Assembly (NCBI GenBank): GCA_963704165.1
Contig: CAVPHD010000004.1
Span: forward strand, 32,001 to 96,000
Length of the DNA: 64,000 bases
Direction of reading: 5' to 3'
Source: an uncultured delta proteobacterium
Lineage (GTDB): Bacteria > Myxococcota_A > UBA9160 > SZUA-336
Program-made: the position numbers and the translations under genes
Part shown: positions 51,831-62,364 of the stretch, in pieces
Numbering within the stretch: position 1 is the stretch's first letter
Layout of the letters: each line of letters opens with the position of its first letter
Notes under the pieces: model-generated
What the model saw: only the letters and a program-made list of their open reading frames with translations
What the model was told of the DNA's origin: nothing
Database searches by the model: none

Positions 51831-51972
51831 GCGTGCGATGTCCTGCTCGGCGCAGAGGGCAGTCAGAGTGCCGCGCGCAAGCGGCTCCTGGCGTCCGCGA
51901 GATCGGCCGAGCGAAACCCAAGCCTTGCAGTGGCAGCGCGCGCGCTGCACCGCCACCCGGTATGCTGCCGCC

Positions 51973-52815
51973 ATGTCGGCGGTTCGAAAGATCGCGCTTC
52001 GCGGGATGGAGATGGAGTTCGAGGACGCCGGCGCCGGCGAGCGCGCGTTCGTGCTCGTCCACGGCTTCACCGGCTCACGGGACGACTTCCGCGAGCACGT
52101 TCCGGAGCTGGCGCGTCTGGGCCGCACGATCGCGCTCGACCAGCGCGGGCACGGCGGCAGCTCGAACTCCGGTCGCGACGAGGACTACACGCTCGATGGC
52201 CTGGTCGCAGACCTCGCGGCCGCCTTCGACGCGCTCGGGCTCGAACGCGCGGACCTGCTCGGCCACTCGCTCGGCGGAATGGTCGCGCTGCGCTTCGCGC
52301 TCGCGCATCCCGCGCGCGTGGCTTCGCTCGTGCTCATGGACACCTCGCCGAATCCGCTGCGGATGCCCCTCCCCGAGAAGGCGCGGGCGGGGATCGCGGC
52401 GCTCGCGCGCGAGCGCGGGATGGGCGCCCTGTTCGACTCGATGCGCGAGCTGGCCGCGCGAAATCCCGCTCTGCCGCCGTCCGCGAAGCGAACCCAGGAG
52501 CGCATGGGCACCGACGTGTTCTGGGAGCGGATCCGCCGCAAGATCGAGGCGATGGATCCGGTCGCCTGGGATGCGCTGTCCCGCGCGCTCGGGGAGCAGG
52601 CCTCGGTCGCGGACCGCCTCGGCGAGATCCGCTGCCCGACGCTCGTGATGGTCGGCGCCGAGGATCTCCCGTTCCTCGTGCCCTCCGACCTGATGGAGCG
52701 CGGGATTCCCGGCGCGCGACGCGTCACGATTCCCGATGCCGCGCACAGTCCGCAGCTCGAGAATCCGCCGGCCTGGTCCGAGTCGATCCGCGCACATCTC
52801 GCTCGCTCGCGCTGA
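51973..52815 (+). CDS. Alpha/beta hydrolase
   Basis: HGFTGS, DQRGHG, GHSLGG, AAHSP. Confidence 0.9.
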   Translation: MSAVRKIALRGMEMEFEDAGAGERAFVLVHGFTGSRDDFREHVPELARLGRTIALDQRGHGGSSNSGRDEDYTLDGLVADLAAAFDALGLERADLLGHSLGGMVALRFALAHPARVASLVLMDTSPNPLRMPLPEKARAGIAALARERGMGALFDSMRELAARNPALPPSAKRTQERMGTDVFWERIRRKIEAMDPVAWDALSRALGEQASVADRLGEIRCPTLVMVGAEDLPFLVPSDLMERGIPGARRVTIPDAAHSPQLENPPAWSESIRAHLARSR

Positions 52816-53027
52816 CTCGCGCTCCCTGCCTCGGTTGCATGCAGGAACTCGCGGCAATTGCCGAAGCTCGCGACAGCGGCGGGCTCGAGACCCGCGCCCC
52901 GCGCGCCGCGCGGTCGGCACGCCGGATGCAGTCCGTGACTGCGCTACGGCGACGACCGGTTCGAGCCTCGATCTGGACTCCCTCCCGTGCGATGACCGGA
53001 CCGGTCCGAGACACTCCCGACACGAGC

Positions 53028-53055
53028 GCCCCTCGGATCGCGAGATCCGAGGGGC
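53028..53055. terminator. 12-bp perfect hairpin between convergent genes
   Basis: GCCCCTCGGATC-GCGA-GATCCGAGGGGC; no clear U-tract. Confidence 0.5.
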
Positions 53056-53083
53056 CTTCCCGATGTCGGCGCGCGCGAGGGGA

Positions 53084-54178
53084 CTAGAAATCCCCCGTCC
53101 GCTCTCTGCCGCCGGGGCCGCTGTACGACGCGGTGTAGCCCGGCTCGCGCGCGAAACGGGGTAGCTGCACCGAGGCGAGCGCCTTGCGCCAGGCGGCGAC
53201 GAGCGCGTCCTCGGCCGCGTAGTCGAACGGATCCTGGAGAACCTTCTCCTCGGTGCCGCCGGCCGCGAGCGGGTGCGCGACCAGCCAGCGCGCGGTCCGC
53301 GCGAGCGCCTCGCGCGCCGGCACGACGTCGCGATAGCCGAGAAGTGAACGCAGCTTCGTCAGATCGAAGACGCGGTGCGTGGACTGGTTCTGCATCACGA
53401 GCGGCCGCGCACAGACGGCGAGCGCATACGGCATCGAGACGATCTCGAGCGGCCTTTCGAGCGCCGAGGCGATGATCTCGACGACCTGGCGCAGCGTCAG
53501 CACTTCCTCGTCGCCGCAGTTCAGGATCTGCCCGGCCGATGCCGCGGGCCGATCGACCGCGAGCAGGATCGCGTGGGCGAGGTTCTCCGCGTAGCCGTAG
53601 TGACAGAGCGTGAGACCGTCGTCGGGCAGAACGATGAAGGGCCGGCGATCGAGGATGCGCCGGACCACGCACCACTCGCGTGGCACGAGCTGGTACGGGC
53701 CGTACACGTACGGGTAGCGGAAGTGCGTCGCCCGCGGGTGGTGCTCGAACACGATCGCTTCGGTGCGCGCGATGCGGACGCCCTTCGTGTCCTCGGCTTC
53801 GGTCGCGACGAGCTTCGCGTTCTCGGGAGTCGGCACCGGCAGTCCCGAAGGCTGCCAGAGTCCCGGATTCATGTAGCCGAGATACGCCGGCCCACCGCCG
53901 ACGGACATGAACCGTTCGCAGCGTCCCACCATCACGCGCGCGGTGACGCGCAACCGCCCATAGGTCGCGACGCAGAGATCGAAGCTGCGATCGCCGAGCG
54001 CTTCGCGCAGTGCGCCCTCGCGGAACGGATCGGTGTGCAGGTGTTCGACGTCCGCGGGGATCTCGGGCACCTCGTGGCGGCCCGAGTGGAGCATGGCGAC
54101 CCGAAAGCCGCGCGCGCGCAGGCCGTTCACGATGAAATGACCGGTCGGCCCGGTCCCTCCGATCACCAGCGCGCGCAT
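53084..54178 (-). CDS. NAD-dependent epimerase/dehydratase family protein
   Basis: GGTGPTG, RYPYVYGP, ENLAHA. Confidence 0.82.
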   Translation of the reverse strand: MRALVIGGTGPTGHFIVNGLRARGFRVAMLHSGRHEVPEIPADVEHLHTDPFREGALREALGDRSFDLCVATYGRLRVTARVMVGRCERFMSVGGGPAYLGYMNPGLWQPSGLPVPTPENAKLVATEAEDTKGVRIARTEAIVFEHHPRATHFRYPYVYGPYQLVPREWCVVRRILDRRPFIVLPDDGLTLCHYGYAENLAHAILLAVDRPAASAGQILNCGDEEVLTLRQVVEIIASALERPLEIVSMPYALAVCARPLVMQNQSTHRVFDLTKLRSLLGYRDVVPAREALARTARWLVAHPLAAGGTEEKVLQDPFDYAAEDALVAAWRKALASVQLPRFAREPGYTASYSGPGGRERTGDF

Positions 54179-54333
54179 CGAACCTCCGCAATCGCGACGA
54201 TGGATTCGAGTCCCACCGGCTTGGAGGATCTCACGGCGACTCGCGTGACTTCCACCGAGTCCGCTTGACCCTGGGTTTTCGCCGGTGTTCCATTGAATCG
54301 GGTGAGAATCGGGGACCCCGCGGGGAGCAGAAG

Positions 54334-55197
54334 ATGCCGATGGACCTGTCGCTGATCGGGCGCGAGATCGGGCCGAACGAGATCCGCTGGACGCCCGAGG
54401 ACTGCATGCTCTACGCGCTCGGCATCGGTGCGGGGACCACCGAGCTCCGGTTCACGACCGAGAACACCGACGGAGCGCCGCTTCGCGTGCTGCCGACCTT
54501 CGTCACCACGGTCGGGCGCGGTGGAGGCGCGGGGCAGGTCGACGTGCTCTCGTTCGGCAGCTACGGCCTGCACCAGGTCGTGCACGCGAGCCAGGGGGTC
54601 GAGCTGCTCCGCGCGCTCGCGCCGACCGGGCACGCCGTCTCGACGATGCGTGTGGTCGGCATCTGGGACAAACGCGTGGGCGCGCTCGTCGAGCTCGAGA
54701 CCACCGGGCGGGACCCGGCGACGAACGAGGTCATGTACCGGAACACGACCTCGATCTTCGTGTTCGACGAGGGGGGATTCGGAGGCCCGCGGGGTCCGGT
54801 GATCGGCGGTCCGCGGCGCCCCTCGCGCGAGCCGGACCACACGATCTCGGAGGTGACGCGAACCGACCAGGCGCTGCTGTACCGGCTTTCGGGCGACCGA
54901 AACCGGCTTCACAGCGATCCCGCCGTGGCCGCGCTCGCCGGGTTCGATCGCCCGATCCTGCACGGGCTGTGCACGTTCGGCTTCGCCGGCCGCGCGCTCC
55001 TCAACGTGCTCTGCGACGGAGATCCCGCGCGGTTCGGAGGCATGTCGGGCCGCTTCGCCAAGCCCGGCTTTCCCGGCGACACGCTGACGACCCGGATCTG
55101 GATCGATCGCGACACCGCGCTCTTCGAGACCCACAGCCAACGCGGCGAGGCGCTGTTCGAGCGCGGCACGTTCAGCTTCGCGAAGCCACAGGACTAG
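54334..55197 (+). CDS. MaoC-type (double hot-dog) enoyl-CoA hydratase
   Basis: YALGIG, YRLSGDRNRLHSDP, PILHGLCTFG. Confidence 0.9.
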   Translation: MPMDLSLIGREIGPNEIRWTPEDCMLYALGIGAGTTELRFTTENTDGAPLRVLPTFVTTVGRGGGAGQVDVLSFGSYGLHQVVHASQGVELLRALAPTGHAVSTMRVVGIWDKRVGALVELETTGRDPATNEVMYRNTTSIFVFDEGGFGGPRGPVIGGPRRPSREPDHTISEVTRTDQALLYRLSGDRNRLHSDPAVAALAGFDRPILHGLCTFGFAGRALLNVLCDGDPARFGGMSGRFAKPGFPGDTLTTRIWIDRDTALFETHSQRGEALFERGTFSFAKPQD

Positions 55198-55201
55198 CCC
55201 G

Positions 55202-56074
55202 GTGCGGTTCTCGTACGCGGAGTCCATGTGCGATCCGAGTCAGTACCTGCCGCTCGCGATGGCGGCCGAGGCCGCCGGCTGGAACTCCTTCGTCGTCCCC
55301 GACAGCCTCTGCTACCCGGAAGTTTCGGACAGCACGTATCCGTACACGCCCGACGGTCGGCGCGAGTTCCTCGAGGACAAGCCGTTCATCGAGCCGTTCT
55401 CGCTGATTCCGGCGATGGGTGCGGTGACGCAGACGCTTCGCTTCACGACCTTCGTCGTGAAGCTGCCGATCCGGAATCCCGTCCTGGTCGCAAAGTCGGC
55501 CTGCTCGGTCGCGGTGCTGACCGGCAATCGCTTCGGCTTCGGCATCGGACTGAGTCCGTGGCCCGAGGATTTCGAAGTCACCGGCACGGACTGGGCGACG
55601 CGCGGCGCGCGGATGGACGAGATGATCGAGATCATTCGCGGGCTCTCGCGGGGCGGGTTCTTCTCCTTCCGCGGGGCTCACTACCGGATTCCGAGCATCA
55701 AGCAGTCGCCGGTTCCGTCGCGCCCGATTCCGTTCCTGATCGGCGGGCACGCCGAGCCCGCGCTGCGCCGCGCCGCGCTTCTCGGCGACGGGTGGATGCA
55801 CGCCGGCGGCGATTCCGAAACGCTCGCGCGCCTGCTCGCCCGGCTGCGCGAGCTTCGCCGCGAGCACGGCCGGGATCGCATGCCCTTCGAGGTGCACGCG
55901 ATCTCGCTCGATGCGTACACGCCCGACGGTGTTCGCCGCCTCGAGGATCTCGGCGTCACCGACGTGATCGTCGGGTTTCGCAACGTCTACGAAAGAGACA
56001 CGCAGACGCTGCAAGAGAAGATCGACGCTCTGCGCGGATACGCGGATCGCGTGATCGGGAAGCTCGCGCGCTAG
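55202..56074 (+). CDS. LLM-class F420-dependent oxidoreductase
   Basis: AEAAGW...PDS, RNPVLVAK, IGGH...ALRRAA..GDGW. Confidence 0.85.
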   Translation: MRFSYAESMCDPSQYLPLAMAAEAAGWNSFVVPDSLCYPEVSDSTYPYTPDGRREFLEDKPFIEPFSLIPAMGAVTQTLRFTTFVVKLPIRNPVLVAKSACSVAVLTGNRFGFGIGLSPWPEDFEVTGTDWATRGARMDEMIEIIRGLSRGGFFSFRGAHYRIPSIKQSPVPSRPIPFLIGGHAEPALRRAALLGDGWMHAGGDSETLARLLARLRELRREHGRDRMPFEVHAISLDAYTPDGVRRLEDLGVTDVIVGFRNVYERDTQTLQEKIDALRGYADRVIGKLAR

Positions 56075-56085
56075 ACTGGGCGCCG

Positions 56086-56523
56086 ATGGCGAAGCGAAGC
56101 GAGACTGACGAGAGCGCGGAGGAGCAGCTTTCGCGCTGCGGGCTTCGAGCGACGCAACAGCGTGTCGCCGTGCTGCGCCTGCTCCGTGCGGATCGCGGGC
56201 ACCCGTCCGCGATCGACGTGCACGGCCGCCTCGTCTCGCGTCACCCGAATCTGAGTCAGAAGACCGTCTACGAGATCCTCGACACGCTCGTCGACGTCGA
56301 GTTGGCGCGTCGTGTCACACAGATCAGCGGGCCGGCGCGGTACGAGGTGCGGCTGGAACGCCACGATCACGCCTGGTGTCGGAGCTGCGGCCGGCTCTTC
56401 GACGTCGCCAGCAGCGCGAAGGACGCGATCCGCGCGCGCGCGGATCTGCCCGAGGGCTTCCGGCTCGAGGGCATCCAGGTCACCCTCGAAGGGCGCTGTG
56501 CCCGCTGTGCCCGCGTCCCTTGA
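56086..56523 (+). CDS. Fur-family transcriptional regulator
   Basis: GLRATQQR, HPSA, TVYEIL, HDHAWCRSCG, GRCARC. Confidence 0.88.
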   Translation: MAKRSETDESAEEQLSRCGLRATQQRVAVLRLLRADRGHPSAIDVHGRLVSRHPNLSQKTVYEILDTLVDVELARRVTQISGPARYEVRLERHDHAWCRSCGRLFDVASSAKDAIRARADLPEGFRLEGIQVTLEGRCARCARVP

Positions 56524-56537
56524 GACGATTTTTCTTA

Positions 56538-56553
56538 TTGACAATGATTGTCG
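56538..56553 (+). promoter_or_regulatory. Fur/PerR-like box overlapping a TTGACA -35
   Basis: TGACAAT-G-ATTGTCG; 7-1-7-like with a perfect 6-1-6 core. Confidence 0.7.
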
Positions 56554-56569
56554 TCTGAAATAGAGAGAG

Positions 56570-57673
56570 ATGGTGAGATCAAAGCTGTTCGCGTTCACGA
56601 TGTCACTCATCTTCGCATTCGTTGCGGTTGCCGCGGGCGTGGACATGCCGGTCCCCGAAGGCGTGATGGCTCCCGAAGTCCCTGCGGACAATCCCCTCAC
56701 CGCCGCGAAGGTGGAGCTCGGAAAGAAGCTCTACTTCGATCGCCGGCTCTCGAAGGACGACACGATCTCGTGTGCGACCTGTCACGATCCGCGCGCGGGC
56801 TTTGCCGAGCACAAGCGGGTCTCCGACGGAGTCGCCGGAGGAAAGGGCGTTCGCAACGCCCCGACGGCGCTGAACGCGGCGTTCTTCCGCGAGCAGTTCT
56901 GGGACGGACGCGCGCCGACGCTCGAAGCGCAGGCGGTGCTGCCGATCATCAATCCCGTCGAGATGGCGATGCCGGACCATCCCGCGGTCGAAGCGAAGCT
57001 CGCGGGCCTCGCGGACTACCCGCCGCTCTTCCAGAAGGCCTTCGGAGATCCGAAAGTGACGATCGTTCGCGTCGGCCAGGCGCTGGCGAGCTTCGAGCGC
57101 ACGCTGCTCTCGCTCGACGCGCCGATCGACCGGTTCCTCGCGGGGGACGCGAAGGCGATCTCGGAATCCGCGAAGCGCGGCTGGGCGCTCTACAACGGCA
57201 AGGCGCGCTGCGTGACGTGCCACGCCCACGCGTCGGTGTTTCCGCTCTTCACCGACGAGAAGTACCACAACCTCGGCGTGGCCTCGAAGCCGAAGCTCTT
57301 CGTCGAGCTCGCGCGAAGGGTCGAGGCTCGGCCGGACGAGCTCGAGACGCTCGCCGGGACGCCCGGCATCGAGGAGCTCGGGCGTTTCGCCGTCACCCGG
57401 CAGCGTCAGGATCTCGGCGCATTCAAGACGCCGCACCTGCGCAACATCGCGCTCACCGCGCCGTACATGCACGACGGCAGCGAAGCGACGCTCGAAGACG
57501 TGATCGTGTTCTACGACATCGGCGGCAATCCGAATCCCTGGCTCGACGGCGGCATGCGCCCCCTCGAGCTCACCGAGCAGGAGAAGGCCGATCTGGTCGC
57601 CCTGCTCGAGACGTTCACGAGCACCGATCTCTCGCGCTTCGACGACCTCGTGAAGCTCATGCCCCAACCGTAA
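56570..57673 (+). CDS. Diheme cytochrome c peroxidase/MauG-family protein
   Basis: LGKKLYFD.RLS, CATCH, RNAPT, QFWDGR, CVTCH, FKTPHLRN, PYMHDG. Confidence 0.9.
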   Translation: MVRSKLFAFTMSLIFAFVAVAAGVDMPVPEGVMAPEVPADNPLTAAKVELGKKLYFDRRLSKDDTISCATCHDPRAGFAEHKRVSDGVAGGKGVRNAPTALNAAFFREQFWDGRAPTLEAQAVLPIINPVEMAMPDHPAVEAKLAGLADYPPLFQKAFGDPKVTIVRVGQALASFERTLLSLDAPIDRFLAGDAKAISESAKRGWALYNGKARCVTCHAHASVFPLFTDEKYHNLGVASKPKLFVELARRVEARPDELETLAGTPGIEELGRFAVTRQRQDLGAFKTPHLRNIALTAPYMHDGSEATLEDVIVFYDIGGNPNPWLDGGMRPLELTEQEKADLVALLETFTSTDLSRFDDLVKLMPQP

Positions 57674-57684
57674 GGAGCCACGTC

Positions 57685-58816
57685 ATGCCGAAACACCTGA
57701 CTCCGAGAGAGCTCGAACGCGAGCTGCGCGAACGTTCACCCGAGTCCGAGCGGCTGATCCGCTCGCTCACCAACTGCGACCGGCGGCACTTCCTGAAGGT
57801 GTCGGCGAAGTTCGCCGCGATGGCCGCGGCGGCGAGCGTGATCCAGCCGCACGCGTTCCAGCTGGTGAACGTCGCGTACGCGGCCGACGTGCCTGGCACT
57901 TCGCCCGATGTCGCGTTCCGCTTCGCGTACATCTCCGATTCGCACCTGTTCTCGCGCGGCATGACGCACCGATTCGCGAAGGCGACCCTGAAGGCCGTTC
58001 AGGACGTGAACGCCCTCGATCCGCAGCCGGACTTCGTCCTCTACGGCGGAGACCTCGCCCAGCTCGGCCGCGCCGACGAGCTCGCGCTCGGTCAGCAGAT
58101 CCTGAAGGAGCTGAAGGCGCCGGTGAAGATGATGGTCGGCGAGCACGACTGGTACCTCGACATGGGCCAGAAGTGGAACGAGATGTTCGGCCCCGACCAC
58201 TACTCGTTCGACCACAAGGGCGTGCACTTCGTCGCGCTGAACAGCGTCATCGAGAAGGACTTCTGGACCGCGAAGGGGTACTCGCCCGAGGAGCGCATGA
58301 ACATCGTCGCCGGACTCGACGACGGCCGACAGAGCCGGTTCGAGGTCGGCGAAGCGCAGCGCGACTGGCTGAAGCAGGATCTGGCGAAGGTCGACAAGAA
58401 CACGCCGGTCGTCGTCTTCTCACACTCGCCGCTCTACAAGTACTACGAGCCCTGGAACTTCTGGACCGACGACGCCGAGCAGGTGCAGGCGCTGCTCTTC
58501 CCGTTCAAGAGCGTGACGGTGATCCACGGACACACGCATCAGCTGCTGACGAACCGGATCAGGAACATCAGCTTCCACGGCCTGCTCTCGACGGCTTGGC
58601 CGTGGCCGTACGCGCCGACGGGCCTGCCCGCGCTGACGCGTGCAGATGGATCGCCCGGACCCGTTCAACCAGTTCGACGGCTGCGGGGACGGCAGCATCG
58701 ACGTGCTGAAGAGCGGGCAGGCGAACCTCGACTACAACCTCTGGGATCGCAACCCGCGCAGCGTGACCCACGCCGAGATCGTCGCTGGCATCAAGGGCGG
58801 CGGTCCATCCTACTAG
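57685..58816 (+). CDS. Tat-exported metallophosphoesterase-family protein, with a frameshift near 58640
   Basis: RRHFLK Tat motif; SDSH, GGDL, GEHD, FSH, GHTH; tail VQMDRPDPFNQFDGCG in the next frame. Confidence 0.82.
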
Positions 58817-58830
58817 ACCGGAAGGAGTCG

Positions 58831-59520
58831 ATGATGAGATCTCTGCGAGCGTTGGGAGTGACTGCCGCCGCCGTCGTCGCCGCCGCGGGCCTCCATGCCG
58901 GGGTGCAGCGCGAGGCGTTGGCCGAGGAGTGGGCGTCGCGCACCGTGTACGCGTGCGACCAGCGCAAGGTGGTCATTGTCGAGGGCGTTCGCTCCGACGA
59001 GAGGCTCTCGCCCGAGAAGGCGCAGCAGGTCGCGGACCTGCTGACCGATCTGATGCGCTACTGCAACGCCGAGGTGACCGCGCGGATCGCGCGGAACGAG
59101 CTCATCACGCTCAGCATCAACGGGCTTCCCTTCCAGCACTACGTGCCGGGAAGCGAGCCGCCGATCGAGCTCGTTCGCGGGAAGTCGGACTACGGTGACC
59201 GCGACCGCGCGATCTGGAAGGCGGAGCTCGACAGGCTCGTGAAGGAGGGCGACCGGCTCTTCCACAGCGACGAGATCGGCACGAACGGCATCGCCTGCGC
59301 GATGTGCCACCCGCACGCTTCGAACACGCACCCGGAGACCTATCCGAAGTTCCAGATCGAGATGAAGCAGGTGGCGCTGCTTCGGGACATGGTCAACTGG
59401 TGCATCGAGAACCCGCTCGAGGGTCCGAAGCTCGCGGCCGACGACCCGAAGATGCGCGCGCTCGAGGCGTACATCCTCTCGCAGCGGAAGGGCGTCGCGA
59501 TGGACGCTGGCAAGCACTAG
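58831..59520 (+). CDS. Monoheme cytochrome c
   Basis: AAGGAG RBS; signal peptide; CAMCH...THPETYPKFQ...NWCIENPL. Confidence 0.82.
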   Translation: MMRSLRALGVTAAAVVAAAGLHAGVQREALAEEWASRTVYACDQRKVVIVEGVRSDERLSPEKAQQVADLLTDLMRYCNAEVTARIARNELITLSINGLPFQHYVPGSEPPIELVRGKSDYGDRDRAIWKAELDRLVKEGDRLFHSDEIGTNGIACAMCHPHASNTHPETYPKFQIEMKQVALLRDMVNWCIENPLEGPKLAADDPKMRALEAYILSQRKGVAMDAGKH

Positions 59521-59523
59521 CGG

Positions 59524-60669
59524 CTAGGGCGCGCGAAGGAGCTCGTCCAGCGTTCGGTGGAAGTGCTGCCCGCCGCCCTCGTTGCGGCCGAAGAGCACGT
59601 GACTCCGCGCGCCCGTTTGGAGCGCGCGCTGCTGGCGCAGGCCGGTCGCGTAGTCCTCTTCGCGAACGACGTAGCCGAGGAGCTCGAACATCTTCTCGGC
59701 GGCCGCGCGTTCGGCGTCGTCGGGCGGCTTCTCCATCACGAAGGACTGGATCGTCGTCGATTCGAGCGGCGTCTCGCCGGGAAAGAGCTGGGAGATCAGC
59801 ACCGCGCGCGCGCCGACGTCGAAGGTCGCGATCGAGACGTGCGGGAAGATCGTCCACACCCCGCCGATCAGCTCCGATGTCGGCCACGCCTCTTCGGGAC
59901 GGTCCTCGAGCGCGAGCAGCGCCGGATTCGGGAACGTCACGCGTTGGTGCGGGCCGAACGCGTCGTAGAGCGCGCGGTTCGGGAGCGATCCGCCGATCGT
60001 GTTCTTGTGCAGGACGGGCAGGTGATAGAAGTCGAGATACCCGTCGTAGGCGATCTTCCAGTTCGGTCCGGCGACGCTGCGCCGACTGACGAGGTGCCAG
60101 CTCTCGAATCCGAAGAGCCCGAGCAGCTCGCCGTACCCACACAGGAAAGCGTCGATGTCGAGCGTCGAGGCGGGGTCGAGCGCGACCCAGACCAGGCCCG
60201 CGCGCTCCGCGACCGGAAGCTGCACCAATCCGTGACAGGCGCGATCGACGTTCCCGAAGTCGCGCTCCGATGGGATCCCGACCAGCGCACCGTCCTCGTC
60301 GTAGGTCCAGGCGTGGTACGGACAGACGAATCGCCGCGCGCGACCCGGCCCGTCGGGCGCGATCTGGGCACCGCGATGAGAGCAGCTGTTGACGAACGCC
60401 CGCAATGCGCCGTCGGAGCCGCGCACGATCAGCACCGGAACGCCGACCGCGTCGAGTGCCTTGTACGAACCCGCACCTTCGAGCTCGCACGAGAGCGCGA
60501 GCACGAGGGGCACGCGCTTCCAGACACGGTCGATCTCGAGCCGGAAGCGCGCGGGATCGACGTAGTGCGCACCGGGGACTCGGAGCACGTCCGGCGCCTG
60601 GTCGATCGTGCCGGCCTTCACGTGGGCGATGTTCCGACACGCCATTCGCACGAGCTCGGACCGGCTCAC
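59524..60669 (-). CDS. Rieske non-heme iron oxygenase alpha subunit
   Basis: CSHRG...CPYHAW; DFYHLPVLH; EED. Confidence 0.9.
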   Translation of the reverse strand: MSRSELVRMACRNIAHVKAGTIDQAPDVLRVPGAHYVDPARFRLEIDRVWKRVPLVLALSCELEGAGSYKALDAVGVPVLIVRGSDGALRAFVNSCSHRGAQIAPDGPGRARRFVCPYHAWTYDEDGALVGIPSERDFGNVDRACHGLVQLPVAERAGLVWVALDPASTLDIDAFLCGYGELLGLFGFESWHLVSRRSVAGPNWKIAYDGYLDFYHLPVLHKNTIGGSLPNRALYDAFGPHQRVTFPNPALLALEDRPEEAWPTSELIGGVWTIFPHVSIATFDVGARAVLISQLFPGETPLESTTIQSFVMEKPPDDAERAAAEKMFELLGYVVREEDYATGLRQQRALQTGARSHVLFGRNEGGGQHFHRTLDELLRAP

Positions 60670-60682
60670 GTCGTCTTCCTTC

Positions 60683-62067
60683 TCAGTCTTGGATCCACTT
60701 CTCGAGCAGCGTGTGGAAGTGGCGGATCTTCGACTCCTGGTAGTTGGCGAGCGTCACTCCGGGCTTCTGCATCGCCTTCAAGCCGCGCTGGACCTTCGGC
60801 AGGTTGAAGACGTCCTGGTTGAAGATGCGCGCGAGCGAGCCGAGCTCCGGCGCGTCGCACCAGTCGTCGTCGACGCCGAGCCAGTGGATCTTCGCGGCGG
60901 GCGGTTTCTCGCTGCCCTCGGGCCAGGGCGCGAGATACATGCACTCCATGATCGACATCTCGTGGTCGTCGCCGTACGGGCCGAAAGCGATAGACGATGC
61001 GATTGAACGCGCCCCAGGGATGGAAGTTCGGGAACACCGTGTAGTAGAAGCTGTCGACGAGTTCGGAGTCGCAGAGCCCGTCGGCGTACGTCTTGCCGCA
61101 CACGCCGCGCAGCATCGCGCGCGTTCCCTCGGCCGCGACCTGCGCGCGCGGTCATGCCGGGCGGGATCACGAGCGACGGCTCCTCGTCGAGCCGGCGATC
61201 GACCATCGCGTCGAGCATCTCCTGCTCGGTCGGCTGCCAGTCGAGATGCGGGCTCGGCGTGCCGTTCGGCGAGATCGCGCGCGAGAAATTCTCGTAGATG
61301 TCGTACTGCGAGTTCGCGTCGCCGATGCCGGGCAGGATCTGGGGATGCGTGCCGATCACGTGGTAGGCCTCGCTGAACGCCTCCTGCACGACCTTCCAGT
61401 TCGCCGCCAGGATCTTCGCCACGTGCGCCTGCTTGTAGCGCTTCTCGAGCGGCCAGCGCGCGAACTGACGGTCGAGTCCGACCAGATACCTCTCGAGCGG
61501 CTCGCACTCGGGATCCATGTTGATGAAGACGAATCCGCCCCAGGTGCCGACCTTGCACTCGGGCAGCGCGAACTTCGCCTTCTCGACGTGGGGGAAGTCC
61601 CAGTCGGCGGGAATCGTCTCGAGCTTTCCGTCGAGGCTCCAGGTGAAGCCGTGAAAGGGACAGCGGATCTGCCGGCAGTTGCCGTCGCGCTCGCGCAGGA
61701 TGCGCCCGCGGTGCAGGCAGACGTTGTGGTAGGCCTTGATCACCGTCGGCGCGCTTCGAATCACCAGGATCGACAGGTTCGCGATCTCGTACACGACGTG
61801 ATCGCCGACCTCGGGGATGTCTTCTTCGCGGCAGGCCATCTGCCAGACGCGCTTCCAGACCTTCTCGACTTCGATTTCGTGAAACGCGCGCGACGTGTAG
61901 CGCTCGATCGGGATGTCGTCCGAGCCGAGATCTCGCGGCGACGTTTCGCGAAGGATCTCGGGCACGGGTTTGGTGTCGGTGTCGAGAAGCTGTTGATACG
62001 AGAGTCCGCGCGATTTCGGCAGCGTCGGATCGGCCCGGCCGGGCAAGCGCGTTTCGGGCGATGCCAC
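60683..62067 (-). CDS. Rieske non-heme iron oxygenase alpha subunit, with frameshifts near 61145 and 60980
   Basis: CLHRG...CPFHGF; EAYHVIGTH; FPNFHPW; NQD. Confidence 0.85.
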
Positions 62068-62069
62068 GC

Positions 62070-62303
62070 TCAATCCCCCGTGCCCGGCGCGGCGCGGCCG
62101 GGGATCGGACGTCGTCCGTCGGGCAGCCGCGCGCCCGCGACCCAACCGATGACGTGCGGATCGGCTTCCTTCAGCTCGCCGTGGTGCCAGCTCGTGTCGG
62201 CGTTGAACCAGCCGGTCGTTCCATCCTTCGTCTCGACGCGGACGAGCCCGTCGGGCTCGAGATCGTAGATCGCACCCGTGACGGCGTGTCGTAGCTTCGG
62301 CAT
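62070..62303 (-). CDS. Small hypothetical protein (77 aa) directly upstream of the Rieske genes
   Basis: GAGGAG RBS-like sequence; protein-like composition; 2-nt gap to the next gene. Confidence 0.65.
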   Translation of the reverse strand: MPKLRHAVTGAIYDLEPDGLVRVETKDGTTGWFNADTSWHHGELKEADPHVIGWVAGARLPDGRRPIPGRAAPGTGD

Positions 62304-62364
62304 GCCTCGGAACTCCTCGTCGTTCGAGTCCGCAGCGGCTTCGATCGTACCAGACCGCTCGCGG

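Noticed and set aside
56548..59520. Apparent 990-aa ORF fusing the phosphoesterase and cytochrome c
   Set aside because: The N-terminal part is a shadow frame of the peroxidase gene. The junction arises from the indel near 58640, and the cytochrome has its own RBS and signal peptide.
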